Positions 41,586 through 57,733 of a stretch of 64,000 bases of DNA are shown here, one piece after another. Where the stretch lies: the NCBI RefSeq assembly GCF_009914755.1, contig NC_060925.1; one strand, given 5' to 3'. Every line of letters starts with the position of its first letter. The stretch's first letter is position 1. Position numbers and translations under genes: made by a program. The notes beneath the pieces are model-generated. The model searched no databases and was not told the origin of the DNA. It saw only the letters and a list, made by a program, of their open reading frames with translations. Source of the DNA: the human T2T-CHM13v2.0 reference genome, Homo sapiens.

Positions 41586-43120
41586 GTTCAACTTTAATAG
41601 ACACTATTCCTATATTAAGGCATCCCAAGGTGCTAAATATTAGATAGCATTTATTTGGCCCTCCATGGGATTGCTTCCTCTAAGACACTTCGGTATGATG
41701 TTCTAGGCTTTCATTAAGCATTCCTATACTAAAACACCATAGGAATCTCACCTTGACATTTAATGTAGGAAATTTTTTTGAGGACTTTTTTTTCCCATTA
41801 TATCCCTCTGCGTCCTCTCTCTCTATGAAGTGCCACATGAGAAGATTTTTCAAAACTAAGAGCTGGTTAAATCCTTGTTTCTCCCAAAGAACTCTTTTCA
41901 TTATGTTCAAGGTTAATCTTATAACTTTTGCAGCTGTCTTTTGATTTTTTTTTTCTTTGACTATCAGAAAGCTCATAGTTGGAAATGCAAAGAAACTTTA
42001 GTCATTACATGGGATTACATTGCCCTTCTATCATTATGCTAATTCCTCCACAAGAAATGAGAAAATAAGGCCCTCCAAATTTATATGTAAAATTTTTAAC
42101 AACTGAAGTTAATTTCAAAAATATAAGGTATATTTTTTTCACTTTCTGCAGGAAATATAGCAGTGATCAATGAGGACTAAAAATTATCTGTCTGCATAGA
42201 ATTAATATTCCTTGTATTGGTCCTTATTGTTTTTTAACTGAAAAAAATGCTCATCCTTTGACCACTAAAATGATCACATATAGCTAATGTTTTGTGTCAT
42301 TTCCTTATATTCTGTTTAAACATAAAACCTTTTCCATGTTATTAAAATCTCTTCTCAAATAATCAAGTACTATTTCATTCAGTGGTTAGCCCATGATTTA
42401 CTTAACCATTCCTAACATCTTAAACATGCAGGTTGTTTTCTGCTTTTTAATAATTGTAAGCCTCTTGTGTTTTGGGATTATCAGCCTATGGGACATTCTA
42501 GCACTTTTTCTGTTGGATTATGACAGATACACATGTATATCATCATATTGTATTCACCATAAATAATTATTTTACTTATCAGAATTTATGTACATATATG
42601 TATGTATACACTTACTATCTATGTTGATATACTGGTAGATATTTATTAAGCAAAACGAATATCTTAAATCATTTCAGTATTTGGATGTAATTAGTCACAT
42701 AAAAAAAGTTACAAAAAGAAGACTTAAAATTTAGTAATGTGTAGTATTCTTGATAGTCATAAAAACTGAGTAGGGAACATTGATTTAATCTTGGAAAAAG
42801 AGGCTTTCTGTGATATTTCAGCAATTCCCTAGCTACAGTCAAGTGTACGAAAGGGTAACTTAGTCATTATTCAAATTAGGCTATTAATGAGTCAATCCTA
42901 TGGTAATTCAGTTGAATAATTTCTTCTCTAGAGGTGTCTATACATAACGAATTTTCCATAAAGTTTGACAATTAAAAAAAGAAACAATGTGTTCTAGTAC
43001 AGAATTATCCTCCCTCTGTGGGACTACAGGACTATCCACTGGGTAGAATTATCACATAGGAGTAGTCACCAGAGAATTCAAGGTTATATTAGCCCTAGGT
43101 CTAAAAAATTGATTAATTTG

Positions 43121-43200
43121 TCAAATAAATGACAAATGTCCTCCACTATGCTGCTAACCATCAAATAAATGACAAGTGTCCTCCATTGTGCTGCTGACCA
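43121..43200. repeat. 40-bp tandem duplication
   Basis: tcaaataaatgacaa(a/g)tgtcctcca(c/t)t(a/g)tgctgct(a/g)acca x2, 4 mismatches. Confidence 0.95.
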
Positions 43201-44250
43201 ATCAATTCATTTAAAATAGCATCTCTGTGTAACAAAACCATCATAAAAGATTGTGTTTTGTTGATTTTTTTTCCTAATAAAGAAAGGGAACTTTCTTAGT
43301 TGCCAAGTTAAAAGATTGCAGAAAATATCTGAAAACTGTATAATCTCATTGGGAGACAAATTTCTGCTTCTATACATTGTACTTGGAAAACAACAATATA
43401 AAAATGGAAGCCTGTACATACTTATACCATAATATTTTCTGTAGGCCCTTCTGTAAATATCTACTGTATGAATGTGTTCCTTTCTCTACTTTGAAATGAA
43501 GAAATTCTTCAAGTGAACCACACTGCAAATGACTTTTTTGTGGGCATTTAATATTGTTGAAATTCTTCTGTATTTCTTTGTGAGGAAGAATAAATTTTTA
43601 CATTCTGTAATAGTAAAGGATTTAAGTCATTTCCCAACACTTGCATTTGCCCCACTCCCCCTTACCCCCACTCTAAAATTCAATAGAAAGCCAGACTAAA
43701 AAAATTGGGAGAGGAATTTTTGAGCAAGACAGAGGAAGGTTGAGCCTTGAAAGTTTTCCATTTTTTTTTTTTATGGCTTTGCCTTGGTCTAGGATCATTT
43801 CTTTCATTTAAGTCTGAGTCAAAGCTCACCATTTGTGTTATGACCAATTTCCTGTTCAAAGTACAGTTCTTCATAGGTATTTTCTGCAATTAAAATTTCA
43901 ACCTATATAATCACTTCATAAGTAAAGACAGAGAAAGAGTGAAAACACTGCTTATTTTTAATATGATAGACCCAGGTATAGAACAATTCAATTGGGTAGG
44001 TACGGAAGGTTAACTCTGTTGTCTGAACCCAACCATTCCTGACATGAAATGTAAAAACAGTTCTTTTGAATACTCAAAAGGTTAAAACTGCACACTTTAC
44101 TATGAAAATTACTGTGAAAAAGAGGGAGGAAGTAAATTAATTAGCGAGAACTGAAAAATTGTAAGCAGTACACTTGTAATCAACCACCAGAATTCTTCAC
44201 AAGCAGTAGTATCTTTGAGGAGTCAGGAACAATAGGATATTGGTAATTAA

Positions 44251-44513
<263 letters not shown>

Positions 44514-46748
44514 GGTAATTAATATTTTAAGTCTGTCACTTATTTGAGTCTTGTATTGAGATAACCAACCGTCCCCTGCATTTATTTGCTTTCATTTGCT
44601 TCTCCAACCTGCCTGAGAGCTGACGCCCTGAGGCTGGAGTTCAAGTGGGAGTATACTGGTCCAAGACTAACTAGGCTTCCTGTCAGGACATTCCATCAAA
44701 GAGGAGTCCAAATCTTAACCAAAAGTCAATTTCTGTCATGTCAGTCCAACAGAGTTAAGCCAAAAGGGAGGCTAGAAGTCAGGAATTGGAAGATGAAATG
44801 GTGGTTGAGACAGTAAGTCACACTGAACCAAGGTAGAAACCAAAGCGAACACTATTAGAATAGAAAGGAGACATAAGGTAAAAAGTTGCCAAAGTGTAGG
44901 GAAAGTACTGGATAGAACTTATGGAAACCTAATCTTGTATTGCACTTTCATTCACATAAAGTATAATACACATCCCACATTGTCCCTCAAGTCAGATATA
45001 AACAGAGGTCTTATATGCCATCCTGCCTCCTTACATCATGGTTATCTCTACTTCTGTTATGCTTATTTCTATCAAGACTTAAAAAAATAAAGTGTGTTTC
45101 TTCCTTCTTAAATCAAAATAAGTGAGACGACAGTTTTGTGACATAAAGGGCATCTCTTCACAGCACTGATTTACCTAATAATATTGGTTGGGAAGGATAA
45201 CGGAGGATCATCATTTAACAACCACCATACCCACAAGCATGATTGGGATGGAAACTATATTTTACTGCCCTGATTCAACATTAGCACTTATTCAACCTTA
45301 GTTGAAATCTATTGGGTGTTAATACCATTGACACTGGGTCCTTCATCCTTGAGTGACATCTCTTTTACTGACTAGCTATCTGATTTTCAACACATTAACC
45401 AATTTTCCCAAGGCTTAATTTCTTCAATGAAAAATCGGGTAAAGTATCTGAAAGTGTTGTTTTAAAGGCTAGATGTGCCCATTAACATATGTGAATACTA
45501 TTAGCAGAGGGCGTGACTCCTCATAGGTTTTTAATAATAGTTTATTTCCATTCTTTGCTAGTCCAGTGAATTTCCTTCTCTTCTGCTGAATAAGGGAGAC
45601 AACATTAGGGATAGTCTGTTGGTTCTTACAGACTGTCATTCTTTTTATACCTTCCTCTTGAAAATATCTATGAAAATCTTTAGAGAGTAGCTCTTTCAGT
45701 GATGAATTTCTGTTTCTCTACTAAATTGTTTACTACAGTAATGTTTAAGAGTAAGCTGTGCAAGGAAAAGGAATCTTAGGCACTTCCATCACTTCATGAG
45801 CTCTTCACTAAGGAACCCACCAAGATATGACACATTTGGCTCCAGAAAAAAAAAAAAGTAATTCTAATTTAGTGAGATATGTTCTTTTAAAAAGACTTTT
45901 TTATTGAAAGAAGCAGGCTCAGTGCACAAATATTTATAGCAACATGCCAGAAACTCTACAAAACCACTGTAGCCAGAGAGTAGTAAAACAAAGAACTGTA
46001 AAATTAAACACAGAACTTATTTTATACAAATGGTAGGTTTCTATCTAGTTTTCTAGCTTTACTCTTGCTATCTTTATGCTTTTCACTGACCCAGGATCAT
46101 ATACTCCTTAATATATACCAAGGTGATATTTCCCTGTTAATCTCTTAAACTCTCCTGCCCTTGCTTTAACATAGAAATAACTTGTCTTGGCCAGAATTTC
46201 ACATGTAAACTGTGAATTTAGCTAATCTTCCTTTGAAATAAAATAGTATGAAATGCCTCCATATTTCAAGTTTAGTCTATGTACCTTCTTAAATTCTCTA
46301 ATGAATTTTAGTTACTTCTTTTCAGGTCTGTGATTTTTGAAAACCTCCCAGTTGCTGGATTCTATGTGATGAGATTCTCTTCGTTTTCCTGCTTCTTTGA
46401 TCATTTCTACCTCTCCTCTTCTCCTGTCTCTTTAAGCATTGCTGTATCCCCAGTGGATTATCATGAGTTCTACATTCTCTTTTTATGCTACATACTTTCC
46501 TGAGATGATCTTAATCACCCTCTGAATCCTTAACAATTTATGAATTCTAGTACCATTAACTTTCTCTCAAGCTCAAGACCCATATAGTCCACTGGTTACA
46601 GAACAGTTCCACCTGGATATTTTACAGTCACACAAATGTAAAATATCCAGCAACTTTCCTGCTAGCCCTGTTCTTCTTCTTGTATATCTTGGTCAGTGTC
46701 ACCAGTTTCTATGTACTTGGACAAGCCTGTTTCCAGGCAGTAACTCTT

Positions 46749-47901
<1,153 letters not shown>

Positions 47902-50900
47902 CCAGGCAGTAACTCTTAACTGGCTTTCCTTTCTCTTTAATCACTTTCCAAGTCTTGTCAACTTGTCTCTTTAACGTCTTTCAAAAGTGTTAGCTATCTC
48001 TACCTCCACTGGCCACTTCCTTAGTTAAGGCCTCCATATTTCTCCTTGCCTCATTCATATTTGCCATGTATCTGCTGGAATAATTGATTTAAATGCACAT
48101 ATGGACTTGTCAATCTATTGTTGAGAATCTTTATTCTGTGCCACGTATGAGATAAAGCCAAAACTCCCCAAATGGCATACAAAGCCCAGTACCTTCCAAT
48201 CCTTAATGATTTCAACATCTACCTTTAATGTCTGTTCTTCACACTTTACACTGCTACAGTACTTAACTGCTCACTGACGGTCCCACTACCTCTATGCTGG
48301 CTGACTGTCCCACTACCTCTGTGCCCACACTTCCCCATCACACCATTGTTTTGCATCGCTCCATCCCATTTCCTGAGGCATGAATGTGTTCACTCACATC
48401 TCCACATACCCATACACTTGAGCTAGCTCTTATTTGTCATCCTTTTTTTACATAATTCCCTTATAAAATCTCCTCTATAACCATAAAATATCCTGGAAGA
48501 CAATTTCCTCCTCCTTCTCCAAAAAATCAGAATCTTCTATATATTTCCATTATTATATCTAATATATGTATTATTCAAGAATCCAAAGTGACAAGTGGTT
48601 GACCTTCTGAATATTCACTTTTGAATAAAGTGAAAAGGAATAATAAGAGAAAATAAATGTTTGTAGGGATGCATGTGGGTGTGGGAGGGTTGGGAGATTG
48701 AAAGATACATTGAGGCAGAGACAGAGACACACACAGGCAGAGAGAGAGATAGTGATACATAGAGAAGACAAGAGAAATGAGGACAGAAAGAGAAAATGCA
48801 CAAGCATATATTTAGGGATTCATAGCATAGAACCCAGCAGTTGGGAGGTTTTCAAAACTTATAGACTTGAAAAAATACAGTCTATATATACATAGCTTTT
48901 TAAACTCCCTGATGAATTTTAGTGACTTCTTTTCAAGTCTATAGTCTATATGTAAATACATATACTTCTTACTTGAGACTAGTAGCCACCTCCCACCATG
49001 CAATATTTCCAGAGTTGTTTTTGTTTGAGTTAGGGTTAAAGGAGTTTGCACAAAACATTCAGATGTAGTCTACTTCTGGCAAAATGCATGCCTCTCTATA
49101 TGGGGTCTATTGTTCTGCTTCTGAAAGCAATCTTGCTTCAGCCGAATGGATGACCTTATTCTGAAGCGACTGGCTCATTTGAAAGGCCATGTATACTTTT
49201 TTCATGTGCAAAAGAAAGCTAGACTAAATCAATTTATATTTCCTTATGAACATGAAAAAAAAAATCCCTTTGGTTCAGAAAAGCCACGGCAGAAAAACAT
49301 GTTACATAAAACAAGGCATCATTGAATTTGAGCATTAATTTGCATGAAGCACTTGTAATCGTACAGGAAGCACTAGACTACATTTGGCATTGGAATTAGG
49401 TATTTTTACTTATTTATTTTTTATTTCACTAAGCTTTTTGGAACTGAGGTACTGCAAACTGGATAGCAGCTTGTACTGATTTCCAAAACCAGTGGAACAG
49501 CCTTGAGAGTTTCTTCCTTACAGAGTGATGTCATCAGTTAGTAAGTTTCCATAGTGCCCCATACCCTACCAAAGAAGTTCCTCTCTGTGTTAGTTCTACC
49601 TCACCTGCCAAGAAATGAAAACACACAGCTTCCTTTATTCTACAGTGAAACAAAGTGGTTTGGACACAATTTGGAGGGGAACTGCCAGAAAAAACAAAAA
49701 AAAAGGCTCTAACTTAATAATGTTTCCATACATTTAGGTGCTCTTCTAGAATATATAAGTTTAATTGATTTTTTACCTTTTTTATAGAATACAACTGGTA
49801 TAGTAGAAACTGAACTTTGGCATTGACCCAGAAATGTAAAGAAAAGATATAAAACTTTATGAAATTCAAAACGATTAAATCATTGTTGGAGATATTTTTT
49901 TCCTGTTGGCTTTCACAAAATAGTACACTGTTTGTTGCTAACAGAAAATCATCCTAATTTTATCTAGGGGAATGCTTTTGTCTGTTTTATCTGAGACAAA
50001 ATTCTAAATAAGGTGATTTATTAAAACCATATTGTATATACCAAAGAAACTGAAATAAGTGCTATTGTTCCTACATGAAAATTATACCCACAACATACTT
50101 TTATAGTTAAATATAGGCATCCTAAAAATACTTGTGCATTTCATTCTCAGAAGACCCCCTCCCCTACAAAAAAGTTTTCAGATATTAAGACCTGAAGACA
50201 GTTATAACTTATATTGCCATCAAAATGCATAGGACAGAGTACTTCAGAAATTTTGAATGACTCGAGTCCTTTTAGGAACACACTGCAGCACTTAAAATCA
50301 TCTCATTCCTCATTAAATATGATTTTGCCCCATGTGCTTTTAAAAATCTTCACTTGTATGTAATAAATTTTCATTTTGGAGATACAAAAAGAATTAAGTT
50401 ACACTAAGAATAATAGAATCATTGATATTAGAGATGAGAAAAACATATTAGGCCTTTCCTTTGAAAACTTGTGAAGGACAGTTTTCAATATCGTGTGTGA
50501 CTTAGTGAGTTCTCTAGTCTAGCGTTTAATGGGAATTTTCAGTATGCTAATAAAATGCTTTTAAAAATGTATCTATTTAGGCCATGTGTACCCAAGTGAG
50601 GCAGACATTACTGAAAAGGGGAATAAGTTCTCATTTTCTGTAGTTCATTAATAGTGGCTTTCAGTGGAAAATGCAGCAGCATCTTTAGGGCCTCCACCAT
50701 CCACAGAACCATTACATTAGCCAAGGCTACTAGAACCGACCACCTCACCCTTCTTATGCCTGTTTGAACTTTGAACTATAGCCATAGGAATAAAATCTCA
50801 GTGTTCTGTGCAAATTAGGGTAGATATTTCCACCAAGTCTATTTTTAAATACCAAGTAAGGTTGAAATAGCATAAGGCAGAGAAACAAATGGGAGCTGGA

Positions 50901-52471
50901 AAAAGACAACTAAAAGATGGGGAGTAGGATGATAAGGAAAGAAAAGTATCAATAAAAAAGATGAGTTTGTAGAATGACATCTGGGTTTCCAAAACTAATG
51001 TTTCCCACTAAAAATCTTACACGTTTCTATTAATATTGACACTTGTAAATACTTGCTTTTTGTGAATATAAAATAAGAAATGTAAAGCATTTGGCATAGC
51101 ATAGGACAAGTATTCCATAATTAATCATTTATCTTCCTTGTAAATGAAACTTTGCATTACATACAAGAAGTAACCTGAAATATAGTGTAAAGGTGTAGCC
51201 TTAAATCTCTGTGATTGTTTTTATCTTAATTGTTTACTGGGAAATACAGAGGCCATTTTTCAGAAAGTATGCCATGTTTTTGAACAAGAAAAATTATGCA
51301 CTTCATCATGGGTTATTTGATTCACCCATCGATCCATGTAACCATTCATTCATTATTCAATAAATTCCTATTGAACAAATCATGTCGAGTATTATGATAA
51401 TTGCTGGGAATATTGAAATAAACAGAAAATCTAGCATGCTTAAATTACAATGAAAGTAACAGATGTGTAAATAAACAAAGAAAAAAGGAATAAGTGCTAA
51501 AACACAGGTCTGTTGTAGGTACAGTTGACAGGCAGTCATGTGAGAAGGGTCAGTGTAGGAGGCTTAGAACACTGAGATCTCTGTCCCGAGACCAGTAAGC
51601 TATGGCATAAAGATCTTAGATATCACATGTCAAAGCGAAACAAACAACCTATCCATTGTTCATGTGAAATAGGAGGTCATTCTCAAGTCTGCAATGTCGG
51701 TAGAACCTTACAAATTCTACATCAATCAACTTTTTTAAAATGGGAAACTATTACAGTAGTACTTTAATTAATCATCTGAGAATAAAGATAAAGTCAAACC
51801 TTGCTGAGAAAAAAGTGAACAAAAGTCTTCATAAATCATTCAAAGAATATTGGTACATTTAGAGCTCAGGAACCCATGTTACTTCTAAGATATAAAAATG
51901 TTAAGCAATGCCAAATAATTGCACATTATGTAAGGAGGGCCGAGATGGCAAACACAAGGGGGAAATATCAGTGCAGTCAAGATTGCTGTTCTCATTTGTA
52001 CCCTCATGCCCCCATTTGCTAGCACCTGTACAACCTGGAAAGCTTATCTGTTGCTGGATCGATTGATTATAATTCAGCATAAGTAAGTTTCACAGTTTTA
52101 CCTCATCAGATGTTTTTGGCTTCCTTTGCTTATGGCTCTTGATTAATTAATTAGTTGATTAGTTTATTTTCTCTGTTACTCCATCTCATTCCAAAAACAT
52201 GTTAAAGTACGAATTTTCTGTTTGTTTAATAATTGACTTTGTCATCTGTTAAAATAATGTACATAACTAGGCAGTTAGAGAGAATTTTCCTTTCTGTAAT
52301 GAAGCTCTTGAAACCAAACTATACCTGTCTACTTATATGTCTGACCCAGGCACACAGATTGATGATGTACTCCCATATTATTTTGCTTAATCACTCCTCT
52401 GTTCCCCAGAAGTGTGTTGGCAACAGCTTAGTATAGAACTGTAATTGTTTCTTTACATAAATGTCTTCTTC

Positions 52472-52656
52472 CAATGGTTCTCACTTTTTAATGTGCATCA
52501 TCACATTTATTCAAAGGGAGAGAGCTTGTTAAAACAGAGCTTCCAATAGTCTCTGATTCAGTATGTCTTGGTGCAGCCCCAAAATTTTCCCTTTCAACAA
52601 GTGCCATGGTCATGCTAATGCTGCTAATTTGGGGGTCACATGCAGAGGACCTCTGT
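52472..52656. mobile_element. MER5A-like hAT-Charlie MITE
   Basis: caatggttctca..tctgattcagta..aacaag..catgctaatgctgct..ggtcaca..gaggacctctg. Confidence 0.7.
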
Positions 52657-53838
52657 CTCATCCAATATCTGGTAAATATCTAGTTGGTGGCAATTCAGTC
52701 TTACCTCTGTACAGAACCTTTTAGAAAGTGTCCAATAAATGTTGATAACATTGAATAAATGACTGAATCATTGTTCCTGCTTTAGTCCTCTAAGATGGAG
52801 ATAATTAATAACTCCTGATCCCACTTCTCAAAATGTTAGCCTATGAAAAACCCTAAGCAGGATGAGCCTGGGGGCAAAACCATACTTACAGCTGAAAACC
52901 TGGACTGGAAATGTCAAACATTTCCATCTTCAATTTTCCCAATGAGTTCCACATATATTCTTTGGAAGATTCAAAAAGGCTTAATAACAGGATGGATTAT
53001 GAAAACTGAGAATGAGAAGGAACAATTACAAAACTCCTGTGAGTTTATCAAGAACAAACAGAGCCTGACTGGCAGCAGTTTTCCCTTAGTGATGCTACTT
53101 ACAGGGTTCATCAGGGAAATATAACTAGCATAAAGTATCTAGGACCACAAAACAGCCTCACTTCTCTTGTAAAACATGGAAAAAAATAAGTTCAATGTCT
53201 AGAAAATTACATACATTAATAAGGATGAATGAATGAATATACAGAAGTCAGCCTGAAAAACATCTCTAGTGGTGTGGCATAAGTGTGACACTTCATTACT
53301 TAACCTTAAATGTTTGTTTTCAACAAGAGTTTGAATGATGACACGGAGGGTGGGCCACCAAAATTGCAGATGATTCAAAACCGGGAAAAAAGCAAGTGAT
53401 TTAGGAGACATAATCTGAATCTGGCAGTATCTGGACAACATGAAGCAATGAACTGAAGCAAAGATTACATTCAATAAATGTGATCATGTAAAAATGTAGT
53501 AGGTCCAAAAATTAATCACATCACATAAATCTTAGATTCAAGGATACCGTGGATAAGAAAGGCAGATAAGCAGCAATAGATTTAACAGAAGTCAACAATA
53601 TGTTGTGGCCACCTTTAAATACACATACACACACACACACACAAACACCCTTATGAATACATGTAAGAATATATGAACATGTAAGCTTAGCTATACATAT
53701 ACGTGGAGACATGTGATACATATGTATTCCATCCATTTACCCAGTTATTGACTCAAAACCATTAAAGCACACAACAAAGCCCCAACGTGACACAATAAGT
53801 GGAGTAAAAATATTAAATCCCATAAAATACAAGCTGCC

Positions 53839-54150
<312 letters not shown>

Positions 54151-56046
54151 CTAGGAGACTAGTGAAATGAGTAGGGCAAGTCCGCCTAGCTAATCCACTG
54201 GCAATTCTGGCGGTCCTGGGCAATTCAAGTGTGTGCACTTCCTGACTGTGGTAGCACTTGTCTGCTCTGGCATGCATATCCACTCTTTTGTCCATTGCCG
54301 CTCACATATCCCTCGGAACAATTTAGGATCCTGGGATTTACTGAGACTTCCAGCACAGTAACAGCTATTTCAAGCATCTTCTAATTAGCTGGTACTCATT
54401 TCATTGGCCCTATCCAGGAAGATGATGCAAGACAGTACTGAAGACACAGAGATCCATCCTTTGCCTCCTGACTTCCTGAGTCCAGGATGGCCCTCCTTTG
54501 TCCAGATGGCTCTCATTTGAGACCACGGCTGGGTGAGATACCATGCCCAGCACCAGTCTTGCTGGTCTGCTTTAGGGCTTCCATGAGAGGCAGTTATCAT
54601 GGAGTGTTGTTCCAGACAACATGCTAGTTTTCTGGCCCACAGAAATAGCAACACATCATCCCTGTCTTCAGACAAATAAAAAGATGTGAGCACCTGTGAG
54701 CAAACTTAGCTTAATACCTGTCTTAATAAGTGTATACAAAGAGCAATGGCAGCAACATAGACCACTTAAGTCTGGCTCAAGGAGTCAAGAAAACTTCATA
54801 GAGGAGGTATCAGTATAGCCCAAAATTAAAGGATAAGTAGCTGTTTGCTAGAAAATTTTGCCATTCAAAAGCCAGAAGATGAAGTGGAGCGGTAAAGCAG
54901 GACCAAATTATGAAGGGCCGTGAAGTTCATTGAAAGGTATTTAAGATAGCAAACAGCAGCAAGATGGATCATTTACAATAATATACAGGTATAAATAAGA
55001 AGAGGGATTTTATCAATTAAGAAGCTATGAATGAACTAACTGTAGCAAGAAATATCAAGTGAACACTTGTGTTTGCAACACATTTATAAAAATGTAAGTA
55101 CCATATTACTGCTTACAAACATTGGAAATATTACCATCTTTAGATGCTTCTAGCATTCTACTATTGGTTCTAGGATTAGGGAATTCTGAAGTGAAATACT
55201 GCAAGAATATCAGTACTTGGAATCATCTTATATTATTTACCAGTATCTTATTTTGGATGACTCCTTGACTATGTCCAAAAGTATCCCCTTAGTAAATGGA
55301 ATTTCTGGACCCCCCTCCATGGGACCTTGCACTAGATTCAAGCTATAATATAGCAGTGGCCTCAGGGATAAATTCAGCTATGGTTCATCGCTTGGATTTA
55401 ATGATTTTTTTTTTTCAAAATGCTTCATTCTATTTTTAAAAGCAAGAATACATCCTTTGACATTCTGTTAATTAGAACAAAGTACCCATATTCGGTCTTA
55501 TACTTACTAACTTTAATAAAATTAATGAATTCAATTTTTAAAACACAAATCCAGCATCATTACGAAGATAGCAATATATACCAGCATCTACCCTTAGGTG
55601 GACTGACCCCTGCCACTCCTGGCATGGGCGCTGTTGGCTCTTCCCCTTACTGGGCTGAGTAATACAGATATACTTAGCCTTTCTTCACAAGTCAGTTATC
55701 AAACTTTGAAAAAAATCTTATTTGTTCAATTCAAAACTGTAAAATCCAAAGCTGGACATACTAGTTATTGCTAACCTGTTCCAGAGAACCATTAGGCATT
55801 TTCCCAGCTGCCTGTGGGGTCGCTTTTACTTTTCACACTTTTCCAGAGCTGAGAAGGGAACAGCAGAGTGCTGCCAACCAAAGAAACATTGCCTAGTGGC
55901 CTGGTATTTTGGGAACTTTTCCAGCCTGCTTTGTGGAGGCAGCCCAAATGCCATAATGTTTCCAAAATGCCTAACTGGGTTGACTAAACCCAAAGTAATT
56001 CCACACAATGGTGATATAACCTGGTTAATACAATGAGTCTCGCCAT

Positions 56047-56204
56047 GTCCTTTTTTTCCTCCTTCCTTCTCTCCTTCTTTTCTTCCTTCCTTTCTTCCTC
56101 CCTCCCTTCCTCCCTTCCTTCCCTCCTTCCTTCCTTCTTTCCTTGCTTCTTTCCTCCCATCCCTCTCTCCCTTTCTCTTCTTCTTTATTCACTCTCTCCC
56201 TCCC
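56047..56204. repeat. Polypyrimidine (TTCC/CTCC)n low-complexity tract
   Basis: About 155 nt almost purely C/T. Confidence 0.9.
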
Positions 56205-56454
56205 ATATCGCTTGTCAATTATCCACCCCTCAATATTTTGTGATTTGGCATGAGGTCCACTTAACTCATGCATGACAGAAGAAGATGTACACCCCAGGGG
56301 CTGATCAGCCTCTTCATTGAGACACAACCAGATTGAATATGGGCCAAGACTTTTGGAAGCTAGTGTGTTCAGGCAGGGTTTGCCAACACTAACAGCAGAG
56401 TGCATGGGTCAAGAAGATAAATTCATGACTTTTTGTATTTATCCAAAACAACCA

Positions 56455-56745
56455 GGCTTGATGCAGTTGTTCACACCTATAATCCCAGCACTTTGAGAAA
56501 CCGAGTAGGGAGGATCACTTGAGTCCAGGAGTTTTGAGCCCAGACTGAGCCAAAAAGCGAGACACCATTTCTCCAAAAAAAAATTTTTTTTAGTTAGCTG
56601 GGCATGGTGGCACGCACCTGTATAGTCCTAAGCTACTCAGGAGACTGAGCTGGGAGGATCGCTTAGGCCCAGGAGTTTGAGGCCACTGCACTCCAGCCTA
56701 TGTGACAGAGAAAGACTGTCTGAAAAAGGTAAAATAAAACAAACA
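56455..56745 (+). mobile_element. AluJ with internal deletion in the right arm
   Basis: ggatcacttgagtccaggag..gagtttgaggccactgcactccagcc; flanking AAACAACCA repeat. Confidence 0.9.
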
Positions 56746-57443
56746 ACCAAACTAAAGCAAAGAAACAAATAGCATTTCTAGTAAAAAACATCAATCATCA
56801 GCAAGTATATGAAATAAAGATAACCATAATATTGTGAGATTACTCTGAAAGTTGAATATTCCAAAAAATGCAAGTAAAGTATTCAATATATTGTCCGGCA
56901 TTTAATCAATTCTCGGTAAATGGTACTATCATGATCATTATTACCCTCCTCATCCTTTAGTTATTATCAGTATCAAAATTAGCAAAATCTTAACTTTGGA
57001 CCTGTGTTGGTAAAAATCATATCCAGTTAGTGGCTGGTTGCTGTTTGGTACATACTCAAACTAAGAAGGCAGGAAAGGTGTTATCCCAGCAGCAACGTAG
57101 AGTTAAAAACCCTCAGATTCATGGAGGCTTATACTACCTCTGAGATTCCTGCAGGGGTCATGATACGCACGTCACCAGCCCACATCCAGGTTGATTGTTA
57201 GGTTTCCTCTTTGTGTGACATGTTGTGATTGGATGATTTGTGAGAATGTATTTAATTGCTGGAGAATTATTCTTCACTTAAAAATGTTTTTAAAGTGTTA
57301 CACCCTTTTAAAAACTTCAAAAAAAGAAAGTGTATTACCCATCCTACCTCAACACCACATCTCTCACGATTTTGTACCTAATTTTGAATTTTATGCTCTT
57401 TTTAAAATCATAATAATAATGTGCATATTGAATACCACGGGTG

Positions 57444-57733
<290 letters not shown>

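Noticed and set aside
54170-54660. GC-richer unique-looking segments (also about 12710-12920 and 44560-44830)
   Set aside because: Probably old LTR fragments, but I could not match them; no coding or RNA-gene signal.
55792-55974. 11-bp inverted repeat TTAGGCATTTT/AAAATGCCTAA, possible MITE ends
   Set aside because: An 11-mer over a 160-nt spacer is at chance level in 64 kb; no TSD.
57128-57143. Minus strand AGAGGTAGTA resembles the let-7d 5' end
   Set aside because: Only 10 nt match and no let-7-type hairpin.
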